A DNA stretch of 64,000 nucleotides, taken from a virus. Taxonomy: Duplodnaviria; Caudoviricetes. Positions 63,468 to 64,000 of the stretch are shown here, piece by piece (the first letter of the stretch is position 1; the number at the start of each line of letters is the position of its first letter). Where the stretch lies: the IMG/VR virus record IMGVR_UViG_3300021387_000299, positions 64,001 to 128,000 of that record; one strand, 5' to 3'. Made by a program: the position numbers and the translations under genes. The notes below the pieces were generated by a model. It saw only the letters and a program-made list of their open reading frames with translations, did not search any database and had not been told where the DNA came from.

Positions 63468-64000
63468 CTATCCTATATGTGAACTAAATCGTCATTCAGC
63501 AGCATTAAATTTCTTTTTCTTTTTTCGTTTACTGTCTTCAACTTGTTTTATATAATATAATCCATATTCAAATGCTGAAAATTTATCTTTCTTAATTCCA
63601 CGATTAGCTTGTTTTAAAATAATATTAACACCTTCATTTTCTTCACGAAGATTTAACATCTCTTCTTTTAATATAGAAGTTAATGTATATGGTTTTAAGT
63701 AATCTGCCCTTTCTTCTGGAGTCATTTGTTTTCCTTTAGATGTTCCTAATAATTTTGTTTTAGCAATTCTTTCATCAATTAAAAATTTAATTCGTCCAGA
63801 AATAAGTTGCGTTTGAACATTAGAATGTGCTTCAGTATTGATAGGTGCATTTGCTTTCATTAAATACATTGCATCTTGTTCTGTGCGAGGTGTTCTAAAT
63901 TTTTTATATTGTTGTTCAATATCTGGGGTAGTTCCACCAATAACGCCAAAATCTGGATATTCATCTCCAGTAATAGGGTCAACTTGTGATTTGACCATAA
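63468..64000 (-). CDS. terL: Terminase large subunit, C-terminal nuclease portion (partial)
   Basis: L.EEMLNL...KKDKFSAFEYGLYY C-terminal motif, upstream of the portal. Extends through TGA 63492 to AAE-W-RFSSHIG-TAG. Confidence 0.75.

Noticed and set aside
1-64000. Decayed prophage with many pseudogenes, or sequencing errors
   Set aside because: The interruptions checked are all TGA, never frameshifts or TAA/TAG, and they sit at Trp positions. RBSs and terminators are intact.
1-64000. TGA as Gly (code 25) or selenocysteine
   Set aside because: Motif contexts (W-YHV, EGYL-W, EIAD-W-I, LYA.-W) call for Trp. The sites are too numerous and not at redox Cys positions.

Overview
The window is the virion morphogenesis module of a large AT-rich tailed phage (siphovirus-like; no sheath gene seen; Bacillota-type AGGAGG RBSs and sigmaA-type promoters). 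Every real gene is on the minus strand. The fragmented ORF track results from using the wrong genetic code. The fragments end at in-frame TGA, resume in the same frame, and the TGAs fall at tryptophan positions of recognisable motifs, while real gene ends are TAA or TAG. Reading TGA as Trp (code 4) gives about 35 tightly packed genes. In transcription order (right to left) they are: terminase large subunit (partial), small endonuclease, portal, prohead protease/scaffold, head decoration protein, major capsid protein (with a probable -1 frameshift extension), head-tail joining proteins, major tail protein, chaperone, a ~2800-aa tape measure protein, baseplate/tail-tip proteins, a ~2400-aa CotH-kinase-like/LRR protein and several fibre or receptor-binding proteins. 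TGA is absent from the high-copy structural genes and dense in tip and fibre genes. A promoter-driven structured leader at 1460-1608 contains an ATG-GAT-TGA uORF. No tRNA, release factor, integrase, lysis gene, CRISPR array or reverse transcriptase was seen. Merged gene boundaries come from hand-checking frames, junctions and terminal codons; not every internal codon was verified. Product calls rest on synteny and remembered motifs, not database searches.
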